Sequence record: SRR20825006_2113
Reading direction: 5' to 3' (one strand)
Length of the DNA stretch: 20,458 bases
Part shown: one piece after another, positions 9,659 through 18,260 of the stretch
How positions within the stretch are numbered: the first letter of the stretch is position 1
Layout of the letters: each line of letters begins with the position of its first letter
Notes under the pieces: model-generated
What the model was told of the DNA's origin: nothing
The model's database searches: none
The model's input: only the letters and a program-made list of their open reading frames with translations
Made by a program: the position numbers and the translations under genes

Positions 9659-12600
9659 TGATGAAAAATATTATACCTATTTTTTGTGTCTTTTTTCTAA
9701 TACTTATTTCTTGTAAAGAAGTAAAATACACTTCTAAAGTACGTGAGCATATTGCATTAAGTAAGGGGTGGAATACCGTTATGCAGGATAGTTTGCCAGA
9801 ATTGGAAAAAGATTTTGCAAGTAATGTAGTACCTGACTCCTCATGGCATTCTGTTTCTATACCGCATAATTGGGATCAATACTATGGATACCGAAGAATG
9901 TCACATGGTAATTTGCATGGGACAGTTTGGTATCAGAAAAGTCTCGAGCTTGATGCTAAAAACAGAGATAAGCAGCATTTCTTGTTTTTTGAAGGAGTAG
10001 GTTCTTATGCGACGGTTTGGGTAAATGGTGTAGAGGTGGGCAGTCATAAGGGCGGAAGAACTACGTTTACGATCAACATTACTGATGCAATTGATTTTAA
10101 AAAGACAAATTCAATACTTGTCAAAGCCGCTCATCCTTCATTTATTGCAGACTTACCTTGGGTTTGTGGTGGCTGTTCAGGAGAATGGGGTTTTTCTGAA
10201 GGCTCACAGCCTCTGGGAATTTTCAGACCGGTTTCTCTGGTGGTGACTAATTCAGTGCGAATAGAACCATTTGGCGTGCATATTTGGAATGCCCCAGAAA
10301 CTTCTAAAGAAAAGGCTGTTTTAAATACTACGACAGAAATTCAGAATTATGGAAACTCTGCAGCCACAGTTAGTGTAGTTACTATTTTGAGAGATCAGGA
10401 AGGAAAGCAGGTTACGAAAGCTGAGTCTGATCAAATGTCATTGAATGGTTCCATAGAAATAGAGCAACAACTTCCGGAATTTAAAAACCCGAAGCTTTGG
10501 TCTCCTGAACATCCATATCTGTACGAATTACAAACGCAGATTTTTCAAGATGGAAAACTCATAGACGAAGTCAATACACCATATGGAATACGATGGGTAA
10601 GTTGGCCGATAAGCCGTAAGAATGATGATAATCAATTTTATTTAAATGATACTCCTGTTTTTGTAAATGGAACCTGTGAATACGAACACGAGATAGGAAA
10701 AAGTCATTCTTTTTCAAAGGCTCAGATTAGAACAAGAATCGCTCAGATCAAAGCCGCCGGCTTTAATGCTTTTCGCGAAGCCCATCAACCACATAACCTA
10801 GAATACCAGAAACTTCTGGATGAAGTGGGGATGTTATTTTGGAGTCAGTTTTCTGCACATATCTGGTACGATACTCCTGAATTTAAAGAGAATTTTAAAA
10901 CCCTTTTACGCGAATGGATAAAAGAACGCCGTAATAATCCATCTATTGTTATGTGGGGTTTACAAAATGAAAGTACTATTCCTAAAGCGTTTGCTGAAGA
11001 ATGTACCCAAATCATAAGGGAAATGGATCCAACAACATCCTCACAGCGTATTGTTACGACCTGTAATGGCGGTGAAGGGACAGACTGGAATGTGATTCAA
11101 AACTGGTCTGGTACCTACGGAGGGGATCCCTTTAACTATTCCGAAGAATTGTCAGAACAATTATTAAATGGGGAATACGGTGCCTGGCGAACAGCAGATT
11201 TACATACCGAAGGAGGGTTTGACCAAGATGGAGTTTTAAGTGAAGATCGTTTTGCTCAATTGATGGAAATTAAAGTACGTGAAGCAGAACTTGTAAAAAG
11301 TAAGGTAGTCGGACAGTTTAACTGGTTATTTGCTTCTCATGAAAATCCAGGTAGAACCCAAAATGGTGAGGGATATCGGGAACTGGATAAAGTAGGACCG
11401 GTTAATTATAAAGGTTTATTTACAATCTGGGGTGAACCTCTAGACGCCTATTATATGTATCGCGCCAATTATGTTTCTAAAAAGACTAACCCAATGGTTT
11501 ATATTGGGTCTCACAGTTGGCCAAATAGATGGCAAGAGCCTGGAATTAAAGATGGAATAACTGTTTATTCAAATTGTGATGAAGTGGAGTTATTTAATGA
11601 TATAGGTGATATTTCACTAGGGAAACTTCAAAATCCGGGTCGCGGTAACCATTTTCAATTTGATCAAGTAACAATCAAATATAATGTTTTGTATGCTGTA
11701 GGTTATGTTGATGGAAAAGCTGTTGCAAAAGATTCTATCGTGTTAAATACATTGCCAAAAGCTCCAGGATTAGATTCTTTAAAAGAAAACGAGACCAACA
11801 TTCTCAAAGAAAATTCAAGTTATAACTATGTGTATCGGGTAAATAGTGGAGGAGCAGCATATAAAGATGGTCAAGGGAATGTATGGTCTGCAGATATTCA
11901 TAAAACAACTCAAACCAATTACGGCTCATATTCTTGGACTGATGAATTTGAAAATCTACCCGCATTCTACGCAAGCCAGCGAAGAACATTTGATCCGATA
12001 CAAGGAACAACAGACTGGGAACTCTTTCAAAAATTCAGATACGGTGTCGATAAGTTGAAATACGAGTTTGAAGTAGAAGACGGGGAGTATCTTGTTGAAC
12101 TCTATTTTATCGAACCTTGGTACGGAACCGGTGGCGGAATGGATTGTGAAGGTTGGCGGGTTTTTGATGTAGCCATAAATGACAAAATAGTTTTTAAAGA
12201 TCTTGATATCTGGAAAGAAGTTGGTCACGATACAGCCTTAAAAAGGACAGTAAGCGTTACTAGCAAAAATGGAAAAATCAGCATATCTTTTCCTAATGTG
12301 ACTTCAGGTCAGGCTGTTATTTCTGCTATAGCTATAGCTAGTAAAAGTAAAAATGGAGCGGTAAAAGTTTCAGCAAAACCAGTATTGAAGGTTAAAGCTA
12401 ATGATACCCTTACAACGTCGACTTGGTTAGATCAGAACAGTAAGCAATATTTAAATAGTGAAATTAGCTTTACAAAGCTTCCTTCTGCTTTATATGGAGC
12501 AGATTACATACGCTTTTCCGAAGCTGTGAACACTGACTTCTCCGGAGAATTAAATCTTGATACTTCTGCGATGGTTTATGTTTTTTATGATGATCAAGCT

Positions 12601-13194
12601 ACTATAATACCAAAATGGTTAACAGATTTTGAAAAGCTTAAAGATCAGGTGAAAAATACTTCCGGTAAGTTTTTCGATGTGTATGCTAAAGCATTTAAAA
12701 GTGGGAATTCATTTCGCTTTTCAGTAAAAGGTACGGATCAAAATGCTGCGATGTTTACCATAGCCACAGTTTCTTCTTATAATTTTGAAAATGAAGATAA
12801 TTCCCGAAAGATTATCAAACTAGAGGCTGAGAAAACATCTATGACGGGTGAGGGAATTGAAAAAGCTTTCTTCAAAAAAAGCGATTATATCCAGTTTACA
12901 AAAGCTACCTCAAACAGCATTACTTTTTACGTAAATCCCGGTGTTGCCAATATTTATTTACTGCGTTACCGCTTTATGAATATGAATCCAGATCCAATTA
13001 AAGCACAGTTGACTATTGAAGATGCAAACGGTATTAAAGTTACAAATCAAACAATCGAATTTCCACCAGCAGGGGAAAAGTGGAAAATTTTAAACACTAC
13101 CTCAGGAGGCTTTATTAATGCGGGAAACTATAAAATCACGCTCCATGGTTCTGCTTTAAATGGCCTTCGTATCGAATCTTTTGAATTTCAATAA
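9658..13194 (+). CDS. GH2 beta-D-glucuronidase with malectin (CBM57-like) domain and C-terminal CBM (BT0996-like, lacking the GH137 module), lipoprotein
   Basis: GH2 motifs FFEGVGSYATVWVNG, FREAHQPH, WGLQNES (acid/base) and NGEYGAW (nucleophile). The glucuronidase-type N-x-K motif is GPVNYKG at 11404-11412. A malectin domain (YRVNSGG...VELYFIEP...RVFDVAIN...SAIAI) spans about 11827-12342, with a C-terminal beta-sandwich from about 12808. Lipobox LIS-C. The start overlaps the upstream stop (TAATG); the ATG at 9661 is an alternative start. Confidence 0.88.
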   Translation: MMKNIIPIFCVFFLILISCKEVKYTSKVREHIALSKGWNTVMQDSLPELEKDFASNVVPDSSWHSVSIPHNWDQYYGYRRMSHGNLHGTVWYQKSLELDAKNRDKQHFLFFEGVGSYATVWVNGVEVGSHKGGRTTFTINITDAIDFKKTNSILVKAAHPSFIADLPWVCGGCSGEWGFSEGSQPLGIFRPVSLVVTNSVRIEPFGVHIWNAPETSKEKAVLNTTTEIQNYGNSAATVSVVTILRDQEGKQVTKAESDQMSLNGSIEIEQQLPEFKNPKLWSPEHPYLYELQTQIFQDGKLIDEVNTPYGIRWVSWPISRKNDDNQFYLNDTPVFVNGTCEYEHEIGKSHSFSKAQIRTRIAQIKAAGFNAFREAHQPHNLEYQKLLDEVGMLFWSQFSAHIWYDTPEFKENFKTLLREWIKERRNNPSIVMWGLQNESTIPKAFAEECTQIIREMDPTTSSQRIVTTCNGGEGTDWNVIQNWSGTYGGDPFNYSEELSEQLLNGEYGAWRTADLHTEGGFDQDGVLSEDRFAQLMEIKVREAELVKSKVVGQFNWLFASHENPGRTQNGEGYRELDKVGPVNYKGLFTIWGEPLDAYYMYRANYVSKKTNPMVYIGSHSWPNRWQEPGIKDGITVYSNCDEVELFNDIGDISLGKLQNPGRGNHFQFDQVTIKYNVLYAVGYVDGKAVAKDSIVLNTLPKAPGLDSLKENETNILKENSSYNYVYRVNSGGAAYKDGQGNVWSADIHKTTQTNYGSYSWTDEFENLPAFYASQRRTFDPIQGTTDWELFQKFRYGVDKLKYEFEVEDGEYLVELYFIEPWYGTGGGMDCEGWRVFDVAINDKIVFKDLDIWKEVGHDTALKRTVSVTSKNGKISISFPNVTSGQAVISAIAIASKSKNGAVKVSAKPVLKVKANDTLTTSTWLDQNSKQYLNSEISFTKLPSALYGADYIRFSEAVNTDFSGELNLDTSAMVYVFYDDQATIIPKWLTDFEKLKDQVKNTSGKFFDVYAKAFKSGNSFRFSVKGTDQNAAMFTIATVSSYNFENEDNSRKIIKLEAEKTSMTGEGIEKAFFKKSDYIQFTKATSNSITFYVNPGVANIYLLRYRFMNMNPDPIKAQLTIEDANGIKVTNQTIEFPPAGEKWKILNTTSGGFINAGNYKITLHGSALNGLRIESFEFQ

Positions 13195-13200
13195 AACACT

Positions 13201-15642
13201 ATGATTAAAAGAATATTTTGTCAAGTCTTATTGACGAGTTTTTATTTGTTTTTGCACGTTTCCTGCAGCACACCGGATGCGGAAATTCGTATAATAAAAG
13301 ATTTTAATTTTGACTGGAAATTTTATTTAGGAGATATAGCTACGGCTAAAAATGTTGATATTAATACGGAAAGTTGGCGATCTTTAAATCTGCCTCACGA
13401 CTGGAGTATTGAAGGAACTTTCAATAAAGAGCACCCCACAAAACCTGAGGGTGGAGCCTTACCAGCAGGAGTTGGCTGGTACCGTAAAACTTTTACTGTG
13501 CCGAAAGATTGGAAGAACAAATCTGTCGCTATTGAGTTTGATGGTGTTTACAGAAACAGTGAAGTGTGGGTTAACGGGAAGTATTTAGGGAAACGCCCTA
13601 ATGGTTATATTTCATTCTCCTACGATCTAAGCGATTATTTAAATCATGGAAAAGAACCGAATGTTATTGCTGTGAAAGTGGATAATTCTTCTCAGCCAAA
13701 CTCCAGATGGTATACCGGTTCCGGGATTTATAGAAATGTTAGGCTTGTAGCTACACAAAAATTACATGTTGCGCATTGGGGAACATCTGTCAAAACCCCT
13801 CTAGTAACAACAGAAATGGCAGAAGTGGAGTTAGCTGTGAAACTTCAAAATGATTCAGAAATTGATAAAGTGTATCGCATAGTTTCACAAATTTTTAATT
13901 CGAAAAATCAACAAGTTGCTCGCATCACTTCTAAAGAACGAACCATTCTAGCTAAAAAAACAGACAGTATTACTGGTACTACTACAATTGAAAATCCACA
14001 ACTATGGAGTATTCAAGAACCGAATTTATACAATATAGTCACTACAGTTTATGAGAACGATAAAGCTGTAGATACATATCAAACCCCATTAGGAATTCGT
14101 TTTTTTGATTTCAATGCAAAAAACGGATTTTCACTTAACGGGATCGCTACTAAAATTTTAGGAGTGTGTTTGCACCACGATAATGGTGCTTTAGGCGCTG
14201 TAGCTAATATCCATGCGATAAGAAGAAAATTAGAAATACTCAAAGAAATGGGGGTTAATGGCATAAGAACAGCTCATAATCCTCCTTCTCTTGAACTACT
14301 AAAACTTTGTGACGAAATGGGCTTTATTGTTCAAGACGAAGCCTTTGACGTATGGAGCCAAAAAAAGGTTGCAGAAGATTATCATAAAGATTGGGAAGAA
14401 TGGCACATAAAAGATTTACAAGATCTTATCCGTAGAGACCGTAATCATCCTTCTGTATTTATGTGGAGCATAGGTAACGAAATACGTGAGCAATTTGATA
14501 GTACAGGCATAGCCTTAACTAAAGAACTTGTGGGACTAGTAAAAGAACTCGATGAAACTAGACCCGTAACTTGTGCGCTTACCGAAAATATTCCTGAAAA
14601 GAACTTTATTTATCAATCAGGAGCATTAGATGTTTTAGGATTTAATTACAAACACGAGGATTATCAATATTTACCAGAACGCTTTAAAGGTGAAAAATTG
14701 ATTGCATCAGAAACGATGTCTGCCTTAGCAACTAGAGGACATTATGATCTTCCATCAGATACAATAAAAAGATGGCCTCCGGCACATAATGCAGATTTTG
14801 ATGGCAATTCAGATTTTACAGTAACTGCTTTTGATAAGGTTTCAGCGTATTGGGGTTCTACCCATGAGGAAACTTGGAAAACTGTAAAAGATCTAGATTT
14901 TATAGCTGGCCTCTATGTATGGACAGGTTTCGATTATCTAGGAGAACCCATTCCGTATCCATATCCTGCTCGAAGCTCTTATTTTGGAATTGTAGATCTA
15001 GCAGGTTTTCCTAAAGACGTGTACTATATGTACCAAAGTGAATGGACAGATAAGTCCGTCTTACATGTATTTCCTCATTGGAATTGGAACGAGGGACAAG
15101 AAATAGATGTATGGGCTTATTATAATAATGCTGATGAGGTAGAACTTTTTTTAAATGGCAACTCCTTAGGTAAAAGATTCAAAACTGATAATGATTTACA
15201 TGTCTCGTGGAAGGTAAAATATAGTCCCGGTGTTTTAAAAGCAGTGTCTAAGAAGGATGATAAAATAATTTTAGAGCGTGAGGTTATAACATCAGGAAAA
15301 CCTGCAAAACTTAAGTTGTCAGCTGATAAAGCTGAATTGGAAAATGATTATTATGACATTGCATATGTAACAATTGAAGTTCTAGACAAAGAAAATAATT
15401 GTGTTCCCGAAGCAAACAATACAATAGATATAAAGGTCTCCGGAGGAGCAAAATTGGTAGGTGTTGATAACGGTTATCAAGCTAATTTAGATTCATTTAA
15501 GTCCAACAGTGTTCGAGTTTACAATGGTAAAGCTATTGCTATTCTACAGTCGAATGGAAAATTAGAGGATATTATATTAGAAGCGACTTCGCAGAACTTA
15601 GAAAATGAGAAACTTCAACTAAAATCAATAGCTAAACATTAA
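13201..15642 (+). CDS. GH2 glycosidase (beta-D-galactosidase or alpha-L-arabinopyranosidase type), lipoprotein
   Basis: LPHDWSIE, GWYRKTF, FDGVYRNSEVWVNG, NSRWYTGSGIYRNV, GVCLHHDNG, RTAHNPP, RDRNHPSVFMWSIGNE (acid/base), ASET (nucleophile), WTGFDYLGEP and a DUF4982-like PHWNW segment. There is no N-x-K motif, so it is not a typical glucuronidase. Lipobox HVS-C. Confidence 0.92.
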   Translation: MIKRIFCQVLLTSFYLFLHVSCSTPDAEIRIIKDFNFDWKFYLGDIATAKNVDINTESWRSLNLPHDWSIEGTFNKEHPTKPEGGALPAGVGWYRKTFTVPKDWKNKSVAIEFDGVYRNSEVWVNGKYLGKRPNGYISFSYDLSDYLNHGKEPNVIAVKVDNSSQPNSRWYTGSGIYRNVRLVATQKLHVAHWGTSVKTPLVTTEMAEVELAVKLQNDSEIDKVYRIVSQIFNSKNQQVARITSKERTILAKKTDSITGTTTIENPQLWSIQEPNLYNIVTTVYENDKAVDTYQTPLGIRFFDFNAKNGFSLNGIATKILGVCLHHDNGALGAVANIHAIRRKLEILKEMGVNGIRTAHNPPSLELLKLCDEMGFIVQDEAFDVWSQKKVAEDYHKDWEEWHIKDLQDLIRRDRNHPSVFMWSIGNEIREQFDSTGIALTKELVGLVKELDETRPVTCALTENIPEKNFIYQSGALDVLGFNYKHEDYQYLPERFKGEKLIASETMSALATRGHYDLPSDTIKRWPPAHNADFDGNSDFTVTAFDKVSAYWGSTHEETWKTVKDLDFIAGLYVWTGFDYLGEPIPYPYPARSSYFGIVDLAGFPKDVYYMYQSEWTDKSVLHVFPHWNWNEGQEIDVWAYYNNADEVELFLNGNSLGKRFKTDNDLHVSWKVKYSPGVLKAVSKKDDKIILEREVITSGKPAKLKLSADKAELENDYYDIAYVTIEVLDKENNCVPEANNTIDIKVSGGAKLVGVDNGYQANLDSFKSNSVRVYNGKAIAILQSNGKLEDIILEATSQNLENEKLQLKSIAKH

Positions 15643-17265
15643 ATGAATTACTTCCGCTTGCTTATTATTCTATGTTCGAGTTGCTTAATCGCCCAGCAAA
15701 AACCTTATGTTTCTGAAGTTTGGGTTGCAGATCAAGGAGATGGAACGTATAAAAATCCTATTATTCACGCAGATTATTCAGATCCTGATGTCGTGCAATG
15801 GGGAGATGATTATTTTATGACTTCCTCAAGTTTTAATGCGGCACCGGGCTTACCCATTTTGCATTCTAAAGATCTTGTAAACTGGGAACTGGTTAATTAT
15901 GCGCTTCCTAAACAAGTTCCTATAAAACATTTTAATACGCCACAACATGGAAATGGCGTTTGGGCGCCTTCTATACGGGTACACAACAATGAACTCTATA
16001 TCTATTGGGGTGATCCTGATTTTGGCATTTATATGGTTAAAACAGACGATCCTTTTGGCAATTGGGAGGAACCTGTTCTGGTGATGGAGGCCAAAGGGGC
16101 AATTGATCCATCCCCTTTATGGGATGAAGATGGAAAGGCCTATTTAGTTCATGCTTGGGCAGGAAGTAGAGCAGGAGTAAAAAGTATTCTTACCGTGCAT
16201 AAAATGAACGCTGAAGGTACCAAAGTATTAGACTATGGCCGACACGTTTTTGACGGTCACGAGAACCATCCTACAGTTGAAGGCTCTAAGTTTTATAAAC
16301 GCAACGGATACTATTACATTTTTGCTCCGGCCGGTGGCGTATCTACTGGGTGGCAATTGGTGCTTCGGTCAAAGAATATCTACGGTCCCTATGAGGAGAA
16401 GGTAGTATTAGAACAAGGAGCAACTGCTATTAATGGTCCGCATCAAGGCGCTTGGGTAACCACAGATACCGGCGAAGACTGGTTCTTTCATTTTCAGGAC
16501 GTTGATACTTACGGAAGGATTGTTCATCTACAACCGATGCATTGGGAAAATGACTGGCCGGTTATGGGTAAAGATCAAAACGGAAACGGAATCGGAGAGC
16601 CGGTACTTCAGCATAAAAAACCGAATGTTGGTGAACAATACGCAATTCAAACACCAAGAGAAACCGATAATTTTGAACAGGATAGTCTAGGCTTACAATG
16701 GCAATGGAATGCTAATCCTAGCGTACTTTGGTCGGCTAAATTACCCGGTAATGATTTTCTAAGGCTGTACAGTATTGCTCCTCCAGAGCAGACGAACAGT
16801 TTATGGGATGTTCCCAATTTGCTATTGCAAAAATTTCCGGCGCCTGATTTTAATATAGCTACAAAAATCTCCTTAATTCCCGGTGATGGCAAAGAACAAC
16901 GCAAGACCGGTTTAATTATAATGGGGCGTGATTACTCGACGGTTACGCTAACTGAAAAGGAAGGAACTTTTTATCTGCAGTACACGCAGGCCATAAAGGC
17001 TGATGCAGGAGCAAAAGAGGAGGTACTAGAAGAAATAACTTTAAAGTCAAATACCATCTATTTAAAAGTAGCTGTAAGTGCTCCTAATGCGATGTGTCAA
17101 TTTAGTTACAGTGAGAACGGAAGGAATTTCAAGAAGTTTGGTGCACCTTTTAAAGCCAGAGTAGGGAAATGGATAGGAGCTAAAGTGGGACTTTTTAGTA
17201 TCAGCACTCCCGAAGCTTCTCGTGGTGGCTATGCAGACATCGAATATTTTAGAATATTCAAATAG
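15643..17265 (+). CDS. GH43 beta-xylosidase/alpha-L-arabinofuranosidase with C-terminal beta-sandwich (probably subfamily 10)
   Basis: NPIIHADYSDPDV (base Asp), HSKDLVNW, GVWAPSI, AIDPSP (pKa-modulating Asp), VEGSKFYKRNGYYY (acid Glu) and GPHQG, with C-terminal LGLQWQW and WIGAKVGLF. SPI signal ending ...LIA-Q. Confidence 0.93.
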   Translation: MNYFRLLIILCSSCLIAQQKPYVSEVWVADQGDGTYKNPIIHADYSDPDVVQWGDDYFMTSSSFNAAPGLPILHSKDLVNWELVNYALPKQVPIKHFNTPQHGNGVWAPSIRVHNNELYIYWGDPDFGIYMVKTDDPFGNWEEPVLVMEAKGAIDPSPLWDEDGKAYLVHAWAGSRAGVKSILTVHKMNAEGTKVLDYGRHVFDGHENHPTVEGSKFYKRNGYYYIFAPAGGVSTGWQLVLRSKNIYGPYEEKVVLEQGATAINGPHQGAWVTTDTGEDWFFHFQDVDTYGRIVHLQPMHWENDWPVMGKDQNGNGIGEPVLQHKKPNVGEQYAIQTPRETDNFEQDSLGLQWQWNANPSVLWSAKLPGNDFLRLYSIAPPEQTNSLWDVPNLLLQKFPAPDFNIATKISLIPGDGKEQRKTGLIIMGRDYSTVTLTEKEGTFYLQYTQAIKADAGAKEEVLEEITLKSNTIYLKVAVSAPNAMCQFSYSENGRNFKKFGAPFKARVGKWIGAKVGLFSISTPEASRGGYADIEYFRIFK

Positions 17266-17314
17266 CTAGAATTATCTATTTTTATTCTGTTCTGCATATT
17301 ACTTTATACTCAAA

Positions 17315-17367
17315 TATCAAACAACCGACTCATTCCATATCAAATGGATTTAATCGGTTATTTGATA
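17315..17367. terminator. Imperfect 24-bp stem, 5-nt loop inverted repeat between convergent operons; probable terminator or 3' stabilising hairpin, better folded on the - strand transcript
   Basis: TATCAAACAACCGACTCATTCCAT-atcaa-ATGGATTTAATCGGTTATTTGATA has 20 of 24 Watson-Crick pairs. The two C/A mismatches become G-U pairs on the - strand. It lies 17 nt downstream of the FAH stop. The U-tract is weak (TTTG). Confidence 0.6.
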
Positions 17368-17384
17368 AACTAACTATATCTTGT

Positions 17385-18242
17385 CTACTGTTTGTATTCA
17401 GTAGCTGTTTGTTTAGAAGTTCCTAAGCCTTCAATGCCTAATTCTACTACATCTCCGGGCTTTAGGTAGCGTGCTGGTTTGAAGCCCATTCCCACACCAA
17501 ATGGAGTTCCAGTTGAAATTATATCTCCTGGGAGTAAGGTCATAAATTGACTGATATAGCTTACGACCTGTTGAACATTAAAGACAAAGTCTGACGTATT
17601 ACTGTCTTGAAGTTTTTCTCCATTCAATTTAAGCCATAGATTTAAATTATTTGGATTCTTAATTTCATCTTTAGTTGCGATGTATGGACCTATTGGTGCA
17701 AACGTGTCGCAGCTTTTTCCCTTCACCCATTGACCGGCTCGCTCAATCTGAAATGCACGTTCACTATAGTCATTATGTAAAGTATAACCCGCTACATAAT
17801 CAAGCGCGTTCTCTTCATTAATATAAGAAGCTTTTTTACCAATTATAACGGCTAGCTCAACTTCCCAATCTGTTTTTTCACTACCCTTAGGAATAATCAG
17901 GTTATCGTTTGGACCAACAATTGCTGAAGTAGCTTTAAAAAAAAGAATAGGTTCTTTTGGTACTTCCATACCAGTTTCTTTGGCGTGTGAAATATAATTT
18001 AACCCAATACACACAATTTTTGAGGGCCGTACCAATGGCGGTCCTAACCGAACTTCTTCAGAGATTGTAGGGCATGATGCGGCGTGGTCTTTTAACCAAT
18101 TTTGTAGACGCTCAAGACCGTTATTTTCAAAAAAGGCCTCTGTATAATCTTCCCCAAATTCAGAAACATCTATTCGCGTATTATCAGGGAGAAGTACTCC
18201 TGGTTTTTCGTTTCCTGTAGTACCAAAACGTATTAATTTCAT
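17385..18242 (-). CDS. Fumarylacetoacetate hydrolase family protein, probable 2,4-diketo-3-deoxy-L-fuconate hydrolase
   Basis: KIVCIGLNY, EPILFFK, DWEVELAVIIGK, HNDYSER, QWVKGKSCDTFAPIGP and LLPGDIISTGTP. No signal peptide. Specificity is inferred from the operon context. Confidence 0.88.
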   Translation of the reverse strand: MKLIRFGTTGNEKPGVLLPDNTRIDVSEFGEDYTEAFFENNGLERLQNWLKDHAASCPTISEEVRLGPPLVRPSKIVCIGLNYISHAKETGMEVPKEPILFFKATSAIVGPNDNLIIPKGSEKTDWEVELAVIIGKKASYINEENALDYVAGYTLHNDYSERAFQIERAGQWVKGKSCDTFAPIGPYIATKDEIKNPNNLNLWLKLNGEKLQDSNTSDFVFNVQQVVSYISQFMTLLPGDIISTGTPFGVGMGFKPARYLKPGDVVELGIEGLGTSKQTATEYKQ

Positions 18243-18260
18243 AATCTAAGAACTTTAATA

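Noticed and set aside
12325-12340. GCTATAGCTATAGCTA short tandem repeat
   Set aside because: It simply encodes Ala-Ile-Ala-Ile-Ala at the end of the malectin domain and is too short to suggest phase variation.
318-16904. Short 60-105 aa alternative-frame and antisense ORFs in the track (for example 318-572, 914-1135, 1408-1638, 2988-3206, 6179-6391, 6491-6808, 8343-8558, 11804-12228, 14079-14264, 16502-16904)
   Set aside because: All lie wholly inside long, motif-rich genes and show no recognisable motifs. They are consistent with shadow ORFs.
17385-18242. FAH-family gene as an aromatic or tyrosine catabolism enzyme
   Set aside because: Its neighbours (fuconate dehydratase, fucosidase, SDR) point to sugar-acid catabolism.
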